Assembly (NCBI GenBank): GCA_910587795.1
Contig: CAJUNH010000002.1
Location: 3,346-67,345, forward strand
Reading direction: 5' to 3'
Source of the DNA: an uncultured Christensenellaceae bacterium
Lineage (GTDB): Bacteria; Bacillota; Clostridia; Christensenellales; CAG-314
DNA length: 64,000 nt
This document shows positions 1 to 8,839 of this stretch, one piece after another. Below the pieces are notes generated by a model. That model worked only from the letters and a program-made list of their open reading frames with translations. It had not been told where the DNA came from and did not search any database. Every line of letters starts with the position of its first letter. Position 1 is the first letter of the stretch. A program made the translations under genes and the position numbers.

Positions 1-817
1 ATACGCAATCGTAATCGACGTCCTTAATCGGGGATTGAAGCAGCATCTTTGCCAAATCCGCCCTGTACAGTTCCGTTGGCGTTAAAGTCGCTTCGCCGCG
101 CGCAATGCCAAGCTCGTCAAGCAGTTCCATTGTTCCCGTGTAACCGCCCGCTTTCGACCAATGGGTGTCCTGTTTGTAGTAAACTTGATATTGTTGTTTT
201 GCATTAAGCAACGCTTGCTTTGGATACAAAAATTTAACGTTGGATTTTTCTGCAAAATAGTCGTTTATAACATCCATTCTTTTATTCTGCGTATGAGCTT
301 TTATTCCCGTAGGCATATATTCCGTATATATTTGTTCCTTGTTCGGCATTATCATTATAACAAAGTCTTTGCCCTGCGATTTAAAATAGTCGCTAACAAT
401 CCTAGCGCGTTCGGCATAACGTTGCAGTTCGCTTTCGTCAGGCAAATTCGTTCCGCGAAAATAATCCAAACTATTGTCATTAGAGTAAAACAACCACTCC
501 CCTTTGCCGAATACAACAAAATTTTGCTCGATATAATGATCTATATTTAAAGCCGACAGAAGTTTATCGTAAGCCTTGTTAAACATTCTTTGCGTATCGG
601 TGTAAATCTTGATTGAAGTATTGCGAAGCGGAACACGATCTAAAAAATATTTGTCGAACTTTGAAAAATACTCGTTGTCGAAAGTATTGGGATAAGGCGC
701 CGGCGCCCTGTTTTCGTATATCTCGACGTTTTCGACGTAATTAAGCAAGGGCCAAAACGCCATAGGAAATACAAGTACTACTATAAAAATTATTGTCACG
801 GCTAATTTCTTTTTCAT
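1..817 (-). CDS. DHHW/AlgJ-like SGNH-fold protein, partner of the MBOAT acyltransferase; 3' end runs off the window
   Basis: Absent from the ORF track because the window edge truncates it. Reverse-strand ATG at 817-815 follows AGGAGA. Translates MKKKLAVTIIFIVVLVFP... (N-terminal TM anchor) and contains YYKQDTHWS, the DxHW motif of the DHHW/AlgJ family. It starts 8 nt downstream of the MBOAT gene. Confidence 0.6.
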   Translation of the reverse strand, partial: MKKKLAVTIIFIVVLVFPMAFWPLLNYVENVEIYENRAPAPYPNTFDNEYFSKFDKYFLDRVPLRNTSIKIYTDTQRMFNKAYDKLLSALNIDHYIEQNFVVFGKGEWLFYSNDNSLDYFRGTNLPDESELQRYAERARIVSDYFKSQGKDFVIMIMPNKEQIYTEYMPTGIKAHTQNKRMDVINDYFAEKSNVKFLYPKQALLNAKQQYQVYYKQDTHWSKAGGYTGTMELLDELGIARGEATLTPTELYRADLAKMLLQSPIKDVDYDCV

Positions 818-825
818 AATATCTC

Positions 826-2262
826 CTAAAATTGAAAATAAATAAACGGATTAAACGTGTTATTTATAAGCAGCACTACCGACAAAACAAAAAGCAAAAT
901 TTGAACGGCGAAATCAACCCAAAAGAACCATGTTTTTTCTTTTACTTTTAAGTAACATTTTTTAAAAGCAATCTGTAAAGGTCCGCTTAGCAATATACCT
1001 ACAATTAATATCAGCCATTGCCATAAATTGATTACATTGACAATCGATACCGCTTCGGATCGGGACTTGAACATTGCGGCAATATATTCGAATGCATAAT
1101 TTATATTCGGCGCGCGGAAAAATACCCACAGCAAAACAACGGCAAACATTGTGTAAATCCAATTTACGATTTTAACAGGATTTTTATTTAACCAATCGCC
1201 CAAAAACAACCTTTCTATTACAAGCAAAATACCGTAAAACACACCCCACAGCAAAAAAGTATAGTTTGCTCCGTGCCACAGCCCTGTAAGCAAAAATACT
1301 ATAAACAAATTGACGTAGGTACGTATTTTACCTTTTCTGTTTCCGCCCAGCGGTATGTAAACGTATTCTTTAAACCACGAAGATAGCGAAATATGCCAGC
1401 GCCTCCAAAAACCTTGCACCGAAGTAGAAACATAAGGATAGTTAAAATTCTCGCAAAAATCAAAGCCGAACATTTTGCCCAAGCCAATTGCCATGTCGGA
1501 GTAACCGCTGAAATCGAAGTAGATTTGTACGGAATAACAAATTATTCCCAGCCAAGCTGCGCCCGCGCCCAATTCGCTTACGGAAAAAGAAAACACCTTT
1601 TCTGCAACTTGCCCTACAACGTTAGAAACAATAACTTTTTTGGCAAGCCCATACAAAAATCTTTTTATACCGCAAACAAATTTATCTACAGACTCTTTCC
1701 TATATAAAAGCTGGTTTTCGATGTCGGCATATTTAACTATGGGTCCCGCAACCAATTGCGGAAAAAACGAAACGTACAGCGAAATTAGCAGTAAATTTTT
1801 TTGACGCTTTACTTTGCCGGTATATACGTCTATTACGTATGACATAGACTGAAACGTAAAAAACGAAATCCCGATGGGGAGAACTATCTCTTTTAACCCG
1901 AAGTCCGCATTAGCTATACTTTCGATTATGCCGACAAAAAAATTAGTATATTTAAAGTAAAACAGTACGCCCAAATTAAAAATCAAAGCTAAAACAAACG
2001 CGGCTTTGCGCGAAGGTTCGTTTTGCTTATCGGCGGCAGAATCTATCCACAAAGCAAACAAATAATTGCCTAAAATCGATACGAGAATAATTACGAGATA
2101 ATAAACTCCTCCCCAAGCGTAAAAAATCAAACTAGCAAGGAGCAAAACCACGTTTTTGCAAAGCATTTTTACATTTTCGCGCTTAATAAAGGAAAAGGCG
2201 TAATTAACTGCCAAAACCGAAGGTAAAAATATCCATAAAAACGTCATAGAACTGAAGACCAT
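826..2262 (-). CDS. MBOAT family O-acyltransferase (AlgI/DltB-like)
   Basis: 478-aa polytopic membrane protein with the invariant MBOAT histidine context (FWRRWHISLSSWF). It starts MVFSS..FLWIFLP, which is typical of AlgI/DltB-like proteins. Confidence 0.9.
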   Translation of the reverse strand: MVFSSMTFLWIFLPSVLAVNYAFSFIKRENVKMLCKNVVLLLASLIFYAWGGVYYLVIILVSILGNYLFALWIDSAADKQNEPSRKAAFVLALIFNLGVLFYFKYTNFFVGIIESIANADFGLKEIVLPIGISFFTFQSMSYVIDVYTGKVKRQKNLLLISLYVSFFPQLVAGPIVKYADIENQLLYRKESVDKFVCGIKRFLYGLAKKVIVSNVVGQVAEKVFSFSVSELGAGAAWLGIICYSVQIYFDFSGYSDMAIGLGKMFGFDFCENFNYPYVSTSVQGFWRRWHISLSSWFKEYVYIPLGGNRKGKIRTYVNLFIVFLLTGLWHGANYTFLLWGVFYGILLVIERLFLGDWLNKNPVKIVNWIYTMFAVVLLWVFFRAPNINYAFEYIAAMFKSRSEAVSIVNVINLWQWLILIVGILLSGPLQIAFKKCYLKVKEKTWFFWVDFAVQILLFVLSVVLLINNTFNPFIYFQF

Positions 2263-2355
2263 TTTATTCCCTCCTTACTTGGCAATATTAAAAATTGTAT
2301 ACCAAACGGCTAATTATAGCAACCTTTTTTTGATAAAAGCAAAAGATAAAAATAA

Positions 2356-2384
2356 TTGACAATTTGCGGCGACAATGATATAAT
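2356..2384 (+). promoter_or_regulatory. Consensus sigma-A promoter (TTGACA-17 nt-TGaTATAAT)
   Basis: TTGACA at 2356-2361, a 17-nt spacer, then an extended -10 TGATATAAT ending at 2384. It is divergent from the MBOAT gene. No ORF of 60 aa or more lies downstream before tRNA-Ser at 2712. Confidence 0.6.
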
Positions 2385-2711
2385 AGTTGCGTTTAAAAAG
2401 ACAAATCGTGTAAGCGCGATTAATTTTCCGGATATCAATCAAATTTAACCGATTTGGACTTACAACTGACTTTCAAGTATTTATATACGAATTGTTTTGA
2501 AACGGCTCTAAACCGAGCGCAATGTACGCCGAGTTAAAATTTTACGAAATAGAATATTGGATAAAAATTAAACAGTAAACTAAATTAATATATATTGAAA
2601 CGTATCGATAGCGGTCCTTAGCCGGGTCTGCGACGTATACGAGTGCCAACCACGGTTATTGTTAACAACCCCTGTTTGATAGACTGTGGTTTAAAATTAA
2701 AAACAATATAT

Positions 2712-2803
2712 GGAAGTGTATCGAAGTGGTCATAACGGCCCGCACTCGAAATGCGGTTGTCGGGTTAACCGGCACGTGGGTTCGAATCCCACCGCTTCCG
2801 CCA
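2712..2803 (+). tRNA. tRNA-Ser (anticodon CGA), long variable arm, CCA encoded
   Basis: Cloverleaf read by eye. Acceptor GGAAGTG/CGCTTCC, anticodon stem CCGCA/TGCGG, loop CTCGAAA, long variable arm GTTGTCGGGTTAACCGGCAC, T-arm GTGGGTTCGAATCCCAC, 3' GCCA. Confidence 0.93.
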
Positions 2804-2808
2804 AATTA

Positions 2809-2847
2809 AACCTCAGTTGAACCCATAAGGACAACTGAGGTTTTTTA
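2809..2847 (+). terminator. Rho-independent terminator after tRNA-Ser
   Basis: AACCTCAGTTG ... CAACTGAGGTT hairpin followed by TTTTTT. Confidence 0.75.
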
Positions 2848-2864
2848 TCTTACCTATATGTTTA

Positions 2865-3221
2865 TTAAGTAGTATGCGATAAGCGATAATTAGAGATATT
2901 AGGAAAACAATTTTCGTGAAATTTACAATTAAAATATGCTTGTAGCAATGAACGATAGCAGTAAATATTCGGACAAAAGTATGGGTTTTCTAACACATAG
3001 TCATCTTTTTCTTTCAATAATAGCATTAGAGCGGCACAAATTCCCGAACTACGAGAAATCCCATACTCACAATGTACAATAATTCTTTCTGCAACTTGAA
3101 CAAAATTTTCTACAAAGTTTAATATATCTCTCGCATCATTATTAGTTATATGTCCAATTTCCCATCCTTCCACATCATCAAACTGTAATTTAAGTATATT
3201 TAACGTAATTGGTTTTTGCAA
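2865..3221 (-). CDS. Cys-based phosphatase-like protein (HCX5R[S/T] motif), possibly N-terminally truncated
   Basis: VHCEYGISRSSG matches the PTP/dual-specificity phosphatase P-loop. The only start is TTG with no SD sequence, an in-frame stop lies 13 codons upstream, and the length is only 118 aa. Confidence 0.45.
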   Translation of the reverse strand: MQKPITLNILKLQFDDVEGWEIGHITNNDARDILNFVENFVQVAERIIVHCEYGISRSSGICAALMLLLKEKDDYVLENPYFCPNIYCYRSLLQAYFNCKFHENCFPNISNYRLSHTT

Positions 3222-3543
3222 CGAAACTTTACAAAAAAAGTTATATACATTACAGCCTTATTACAATAGAAGATCGTTGCCGTATACAAGATCATTTAAA
3301 AAAGCTGCGGATAAACAGTTAAATTACCGAAGAAAAGCACCGAGATTAAATCCGTATAATTACACTGAAAAATTGCAAACTTTAAAAGAAGAATTCCTTC
3401 CGTCAACAACGATTGGCTGTTTAAACGTAAAAGAGAAGCGCAGATGTATTTTAGAAATATTACCGAGCTGGACGAGGATATGGAAATTATCTGTCCGCAT
3501 TGCGGTAAAATTCATCAATAAAAATAATTAATAGAACTTAAAT

Positions 3544-3574
3544 GAACCCCAAAAGTGTCTAACTTTTGGGGTTC
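3544..3574. terminator. 13-bp hairpin between convergent transcription units (terminator-like)
   Basis: GAACCCCAAAAGT-gtcta-ACTTTTGGGGTTC. The flanking U tracts are weak on both strands. Confidence 0.4.
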
Positions 3575-3673
3575 ACATCATTATTCGGGCGGGTTGTTTA
3601 ATAAATATACAAAACAAATAACCTGTAATTAAAAATTCTGCGTCTATACTGTTTTATTGTTACGGCAGACTGA

Positions 3674-5245
3674 CTATAACAGAGGTGCAAAAATTTTTAT
3701 TACCGAACAAAACAGTCGGTACAGAGCATTGTTTTTTAACATTGTTTCGTCCATTTTAATACACTTTTCCAACGTTTCCTGTATATCTGTCTCCAAATCT
3801 TTTAAGCAATCGCAGCCGTACATCCAAACGCCGTTTTCAAAGTGATGAACAAGACTGCGGTAATCCAAGTTAATAGTACCCACCATACCGCAGTTGCCGT
3901 CGACAAGATAACTTTTTGCATGAATAAAACCCGGCTCGTATTCGTAAATTTCCACGCCCGCTTTCATAAGACGGGAGTAGTATGTGCGAGTCATTGCAAA
4001 AATAATTTTCTTGTCCGGTATATGCGGAGTGATTATTTTAACTTTTACGCCGCGCATTGCCGCGTTTTCGATAGTGGAGCACAGCTCGTTATCTATAATT
4101 AAATAAGGCGTAGTAATATATGCGTAATCGGCGGCGCTGTTAAGCATATTCTGTATTGTCAATTCTCCTATACGTTTATCGTATATAGGCTGCGGACCGT
4201 CGCCGAAAGGCACCACGTAACCGCTTGCGCCGCTTTGAGGTTCTATGTCAGGAAAATACTGTTTTGTAGAAATACTTTTTCCTTTTACATTCATACCGTA
4301 ATCCAACAAAAATAATTCCGTCAATTCCTTTACGGCAGAACCTTCCAAACGTATGCCCGTATCCTTCCAGTGCCCGAAACGCTGCCTTTTGTTGATATAT
4401 TCGTCAGCAATATTTATACCGCCCGTATAGCCGACAACGCCGTCTATAACCAAAATTTTACGATGGCTGCGATTATTAAACTCGCTGTCGGGGTTGCCTT
4501 TAAGCATTGCAAAAGTAGTTGCTTTTATTCCTTGCGCGCGTAACAGTTTTGCATAATTGCCGGGAACTTTCATCATACTGCCGATATCGTCGTAGATAAC
4601 GTACACCTCTACGCCTTCTTCTACCTTTTGCTTTAATACTTCCAAAATAGAATTCCAAAAGATGCCTTCTTCTATAATAAAGTATTCTAAAAAGATAAAC
4701 TTTTTTGCCTTTTTTAAGTCCTCCATCATAGCGGGAAACATCTTGTCGCCCAGATTAAAGTACTTAACCGAGGTGTCGGCAAACAAATGCGTATCGGCAA
4801 TGCCGCACAGCATTTTGGCTTGCATTGCGGCTTGTTTATTTTCTTCAAACAGCCGTTTAAACTGCCTCTCGTCTTCATACGTGTATGCAGAGTGCAAAAA
4901 ATGCTTTATACGTTTTACAAACTTTTTGCGGATTTTGCGTTGAGCAAACATAAAGTAAAGCATAAATCCCGCGACAGGCACAATAATAACCAGCAACAAC
5001 CACGGTATTTTATAATCGGGTTTTGTTTCCTGCGCCACAATATGCACTACCACTAATATCTGCACCGCAAATACCGCAATGTAGCAATACGGAAACATTA
5101 TTATCAGCACGATTAACCCTGCAATAATTATAATCGTTTCCCAAACAGCCAAAAGTACCGCCAAAATATATCTAAACGGAAAATAGCCGTGTCTGCGCCG
5201 TGTATATAATAAGTCGTTAAAAACGTAAGTTTCTTTCTTTTTCAT
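3674..5245 (-). CDS. cls: Cardiolipin synthase (PLD superfamily)
   Basis: Two N-terminal TM helices and two HKD motifs (SHRKILVIDG and IHAKSYLVDG). Length 523 aa. Confidence 0.9.
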   Translation of the reverse strand: MKKKETYVFNDLLYTRRRHGYFPFRYILAVLLAVWETIIIIAGLIVLIIMFPYCYIAVFAVQILVVVHIVAQETKPDYKIPWLLLVIIVPVAGFMLYFMFAQRKIRKKFVKRIKHFLHSAYTYEDERQFKRLFEENKQAAMQAKMLCGIADTHLFADTSVKYFNLGDKMFPAMMEDLKKAKKFIFLEYFIIEEGIFWNSILEVLKQKVEEGVEVYVIYDDIGSMMKVPGNYAKLLRAQGIKATTFAMLKGNPDSEFNNRSHRKILVIDGVVGYTGGINIADEYINKRQRFGHWKDTGIRLEGSAVKELTELFLLDYGMNVKGKSISTKQYFPDIEPQSGASGYVVPFGDGPQPIYDKRIGELTIQNMLNSAADYAYITTPYLIIDNELCSTIENAAMRGVKVKIITPHIPDKKIIFAMTRTYYSRLMKAGVEIYEYEPGFIHAKSYLVDGNCGMVGTINLDYRSLVHHFENGVWMYGCDCLKDLETDIQETLEKCIKMDETMLKNNALYRLFCSVIKIFAPLL

Positions 5246-5250
5246 TATGT

Positions 5251-5901
5251 TTAATCTGTAAACGTTTGCAATACATATATTTGCGGATGCAAATTTTGCG
5301 GAACGTCTTGCAACGTCAAGCTGTCGTTTTGAATTACCTGTATTTGCCGCTTGTCAAACAGCGATAAAAATTTATCTATACCGTCCAACTTAAATTTGTG
5401 ACGGTCTGTGCCGTAATGCATAGGAATAACTATTTTGGGGTTAATTCTATCCACATACCACTTTGCCTCTTGCGCGTCAATAGTATATACACCGCCTACC
5501 GGCAAAAGCAAAACATCGCAGCCGCATATTTTACGGGCAAGTTCGTCGTCTAAGCACCCTATGTCGCCCATATGCACCGCTTTTAATCCGTCTATACAAA
5601 ACACAAACACAAGATTGCCGCCCCGCTTTGCGCCTTTTTCGCCGTCGTGATATGTAGGCAAGGTGCTTATTGCAATATCGTCGGCACAGCAGGTAACTTC
5701 GCAATCCAATACAGCGGGATTATTGATAATATTGTCCATACAATCGTGATCGTTGTGACGGTGCGATACCGTTACCGCATCGCAGCGTACTGCCGGCTTT
5801 TGCAGCCCTACCATATCCGTATTGTACGGATCGCAAACTACGGTTGTGCCCATATCGCTAATTAATCTAAAACAAGAATGTCCCAAATACTGTATTTTCA
5901 T
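5251..5901 (-). CDS. MBL-fold metallo-hydrolase
   Basis: HRHNDHD metal-binding motif. I prefer the ATG at 5901 (MKIQYLGHSCF) over the GTG at 5910 because AAGGAGA lies about 10 nt upstream of it. Confidence 0.8.
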   Translation of the reverse strand: MKIQYLGHSCFRLISDMGTTVVCDPYNTDMVGLQKPAVRCDAVTVSHRHNDHDCMDNIINNPAVLDCEVTCCADDIAISTLPTYHDGEKGAKRGGNLVFVFCIDGLKAVHMGDIGCLDDELARKICGCDVLLLPVGGVYTIDAQEAKWYVDRINPKIVIPMHYGTDRHKFKLDGIDKFLSLFDKRQIQVIQNDSLTLQDVPQNLHPQIYVLQTFTD

Positions 5902-6050
5902 TCTGCCCACCGTTCTCCTTTTGTTTAATTGTACGATACATAGCTTAAAACTTTATTAATTTTATACCGTACATAAATTTACCTATGTCAAATATTATTT
6001 TTATCGAGATACAACGTAATTAAACACAGTTCGAACCGTCAAATCCCTTT

Positions 6051-6262
6051 AATTGCTTAATTATATCGTAAAACAACTATATTAAATCCAACAAATTATG
6101 GTAAGCCTTTTACGATGTAATTAAAACCGGATAAATCCAATTAGACCCGATTGGCTGCTTAATTATATCGAAAACAACGACGTTAAGTTAATAATTTACG
6201 GTATAATTAAAAACGTAAAATTCAGTTATAACCGAATTAGTTGCCCGATTATAGTTTGTTTA
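6051..6262. repeat. Degenerate tandem direct repeat, about 100-bp unit, about 2.3 copies
   Basis: GCTTAATTATATCG(T)AAAACAAC recurs at about 6054 and about 6155, followed each time by similar AT-rich text. A third partial unit starts near 6241 (TTGCCCGATTATAG). Confidence 0.4.
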
Positions 6263-6523
6263 ATGACGCTAAAAGTATCTGTTTATTTGCTGCAAATTGC
6301 AAAAATTAACATTGCACTGCATTAAAAGCGGATTATACGTTAAAGCAAAAAACCGACAAGTAACATTTTTTATTTACAACTTTTTTGCATTACATAGCAA
6401 AAATCGTTGTTAATACACCGTTTTTTTATTATTTTAATAAACAAATCGATTACAATATATTTTAATCCAAATAAATTCCCGTTGTCAATAGATATTATTG
6501 ATTGAACAAAATTTTAAAAAAGG

Positions 6524-6552
6524 TAGATTTTTTTACAAAGATTTGGTATAAT
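6524..6552 (+). promoter_or_regulatory. Candidate extended -10 promoter for the MDR-like gene
   Basis: TGGTATAAT at 6544-6552, with a weak -35 (TAGATT) 17 nt upstream. Confidence 0.35.
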
Positions 6553-6621
6553 ATAAACGTCTATAAAATTTGGCACGTTATAGATTTTTGCGGAACGCAG
6601 TATGCGACGCGCGGAGGTTAT

Positions 6622-7635
6622 ATGAAAGCCTGGATTTTGGAAGAACCTAAAAAGTTACGCTTGCAGGAATTTGGTCCTACGGCGCTGATCGAAAACAAAG
6701 TAAAGGTCAAAATCGAAGAAGTTTTATTTTCTTCTACCGATTACGACATTTACAGCGGAGCGTCTAAGCGCACATACCCGTTTATATTCGGCAGAAACGC
6801 CGTCGGCGCGGTATCGGAGTTAGGCGATAAAAATTCTACTTTACTGCAAAAGCTGGACAGAGTGGTAATAGAGCCGTACATACCCTGCGACGGCTGCGAC
6901 GAATGCCGCGACGGCAACTATCAGGACTGCTCTAACATGCAGGAACTGGGACACAACTGTAACGGTTTGCTGCAAAACTTTATAGATTTGCCCTATGCGC
7001 TGTTGTATAAACTGCCCGACAAACTGTCCAACGAAAAAGCGCTGTTTGTATCGTACGTGGCGTTTTGCTTAAATATCGTAGATTCGCTTAATCTGGAAAA
7101 AGGCAGACATATTGCGATATTTTCCTCTACCAAGACGGGCTTAATACTTGCGCAGCTTGTAGCGTATTATCAGGCGGTGCCGGTATTTATCAGCAATAAG
7201 GACGAGCTGTTGGACATAGCGCGCGACTTAGGAGTGTTTTACTGCTTTAATCCCGAAAAGACCGACGTCGAACACGAAATTTTGATGATTACCGGCGGAC
7301 GTATGTGCAGCGAGTTGGTTTATTTCAGCGACAGCGACTTTAAAATGAAAGACGTATATAACGCGGCGGCGGTAAACGCAAATATTTGCCTTGCGGGATA
7401 TTCCAACAAGGACAGCAACCTGTCCGTTGCGCAGATATGTCAAAAGCATTTAAAAATATTTGGAGTATATAACGGCGCGGGAAATTTCTCTTCCGCTATC
7501 AACCTGCTTGTAACCAACACCGTAAACGTAGATATTTTTATAGGAGACGTAATAAACTTTTCCACTCTCGATAAAGAAATATCGTCCGTTACCCCCGAAG
7601 ACCTGATGCTAAAATCTAAAATTATTAAGGTCTAG
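6622..7635 (+). CDS. Medium-chain (zinc-type) dehydrogenase/reductase family protein with degenerate catalytic and cofactor motifs
   Basis: Start chosen at MKAWILEEP, with GGAGG 6 nt upstream. The structural zinc cluster CDGCDECRDGNYQDC is retained. The catalytic Cys, the GHE motif and the GxGxxG motif are substituted (FSSTD, FGRNAVG, FSSTKTG). Confidence 0.7.
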   Translation: MKAWILEEPKKLRLQEFGPTALIENKVKVKIEEVLFSSTDYDIYSGASKRTYPFIFGRNAVGAVSELGDKNSTLLQKLDRVVIEPYIPCDGCDECRDGNYQDCSNMQELGHNCNGLLQNFIDLPYALLYKLPDKLSNEKALFVSYVAFCLNIVDSLNLEKGRHIAIFSSTKTGLILAQLVAYYQAVPVFISNKDELLDIARDLGVFYCFNPEKTDVEHEILMITGGRMCSELVYFSDSDFKMKDVYNAAAVNANICLAGYSNKDSNLSVAQICQKHLKIFGVYNGAGNFSSAINLLVTNTVNVDIFIGDVINFSTLDKEISSVTPEDLMLKSKIIKV

Positions 7636-7763
7636 CGGCAAATTTATTGTTTTAAAATTAAACGATTAAATTGATTTAACGGAGTACGACAGTATTCAAT
7701 TGCGTCGTATCGCGCTAAAAGTATTTATTTTGTTTAAACATAATTTGTGTACGATATAGTTTA

Positions 7764-7802
7764 AAACGCTTTCAAAGTATCAACTTGAAAGCGTTTTTTT
7801 TA
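7764..7802 (+). terminator. Rho-independent terminator of the MDR-like gene
   Basis: AAACGCTTTCAA ... TTGAAAGCGTTT followed by TTTTTTT. Confidence 0.7.
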
Positions 7803-7823
7803 CACTGTTTAAAAAATTACGCA

Positions 7824-7860
7824 TATAAAAATCCGCAACAGCATACCTACCGTTGCGGAT
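7824..7860 (-). terminator. Terminator downstream of the trxB-like gene
   Basis: ATCCGCAAC ... GTTGCGGAT hairpin, with a U tract on the minus strand (plus-strand AAAA at 7827-7830). Confidence 0.6.
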
Positions 7861-7917
7861 AATATTATATTAAAATATTTACTGCATATACTGCAAATTG
7901 ATATTAATTGGCGAGTA

Positions 7918-8823
7918 CTATTTAACTTTATCCGCATACAGCGCGGCGGAAAAGCCCGCTACTGCGCCGTCGCCCACCGCAGTTGTACATTGACGCACAA
8001 GCTTGGTACGGCAGTCGCCGGCGGCAAAAATCCCCTCGCAGCTTGTTTTGCAATCTTCGCCTGCTAATATATAACCTCTTTTATCCAATTTGACTACGTT
8101 TGCAAATATTTCGTTGTGGGGTTGTTGACCTATCGCAACAAACACTGCGTCTACGTCGACATAAGTTATTGCTCCGTCCGTATCTTTATACGCAACACCC
8201 TTAACATTATCGTCGCCCACCACGTCCGTAACCGTAACGTCGGTTGTCCATTCTATCTTACCGTTATTGACTATTCTGTCCGTTAGCTCCTTATCACAGA
8301 ACAATTTATCCAGCATTGTAAGCATATACACTTTATTGCACAGCTCCGCCAAAAACAACGCATACTGCGCCGCCGAGTTTCCGTCGCCTACAACGCACAC
8401 CGTTTTATTTTTATAAAATGCGCCGTCGCATACCGCGCAATAACACACGCCTTTTCCCTCAAATTGTTCGGCAGAAGCAACAGGCAGTTTTTTGTGGGAT
8501 ACGCCTGTAGAAAGCACTACCGATTTGGTAAAATACGATCCGTACTCGGTTGTTACCGTAAAACCGTTTTCTGCGATCTCCACCGCAGCCGTACCCATAT
8601 CGAATTCCACTCCGTGAGAAATTGCCTGTTCAAACATATTATCCGCAAGGCGCGCGCCCGCTATTTCGTTTACAGAAGGAAAATTTTCTACCCGCGGCGC
8701 GGTTGCAATCTGTCCGCCGAAAGCATTTTGCTCTAAAATAAGAGTGCTTTTGCCTGCGCGTGCGGCGTAAAGCGATGCGGTAAGCCCCGCAGGTCCTCCG
8801 CCTATTATTATAACGTCGTACAT
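7918..8823 (-). CDS. trxB: Thioredoxin-disulfide reductase family flavoprotein (low-Mr TrxR type) lacking the NADPH 2'-phosphate-binding HRRxxxR motif
   Basis: FAD motif IIIGGGPAG, redox-active CAVCDG, second dinucleotide motif VVGDGNSA. The position of E. coli HRRDGFRA reads TMLDKLFC. Confidence 0.85.
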   Translation of the reverse strand: MYDVIIIGGGPAGLTASLYAARAGKSTLILEQNAFGGQIATAPRVENFPSVNEIAGARLADNMFEQAISHGVEFDMGTAAVEIAENGFTVTTEYGSYFTKSVVLSTGVSHKKLPVASAEQFEGKGVCYCAVCDGAFYKNKTVCVVGDGNSAAQYALFLAELCNKVYMLTMLDKLFCDKELTDRIVNNGKIEWTTDVTVTDVVGDDNVKGVAYKDTDGAITYVDVDAVFVAIGQQPHNEIFANVVKLDKRGYILAGEDCKTSCEGIFAAGDCRTKLVRQCTTAVGDGAVAGFSAALYADKVK

Positions 8824-8839
8824 TCTGCCTCGCTTTTAT

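Noticed and set aside
161-550. 129-aa plus-strand ORF at the window start
   Set aside because: It lies entirely antisense to the DHHW/AlgJ-like gene, which has a convincing motif, an RBS and operon context. Its own sequence is low-complexity and Ile/Phe/Arg-rich, typical of a shadow ORF.
2712-2803. Whether the long-variable-arm tRNA could be tRNA-Sec
   Set aside because: The anticodon loop reads CTCGAAA (CGA, not TCA), and the acceptor/T-arm geometry is the ordinary 7/5 arrangement. It is tRNA-Ser.
3277-3531. 84-aa TTG-start ORF between the phosphatase-like gene and cls
   Set aside because: It has no RBS, a basic low-complexity composition and no recognisable motif. I kept it only as part of the possible-remnant note.
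6051-6262. Possible CRISPR array
   Set aside because: There are only about 2.3 degenerate copies of a roughly 100-bp unit, with no short conserved repeat/spacer architecture and no cas genes in the window.
6502-6621. Upstream extension of the MDR-like ORF (TTG start at 6502)
   Set aside because: The extension covers the candidate promoter and is Lys/Ile/Tyr-rich. The ATG at 6622 has a GGAGG site and begins the conserved MDR N terminus.
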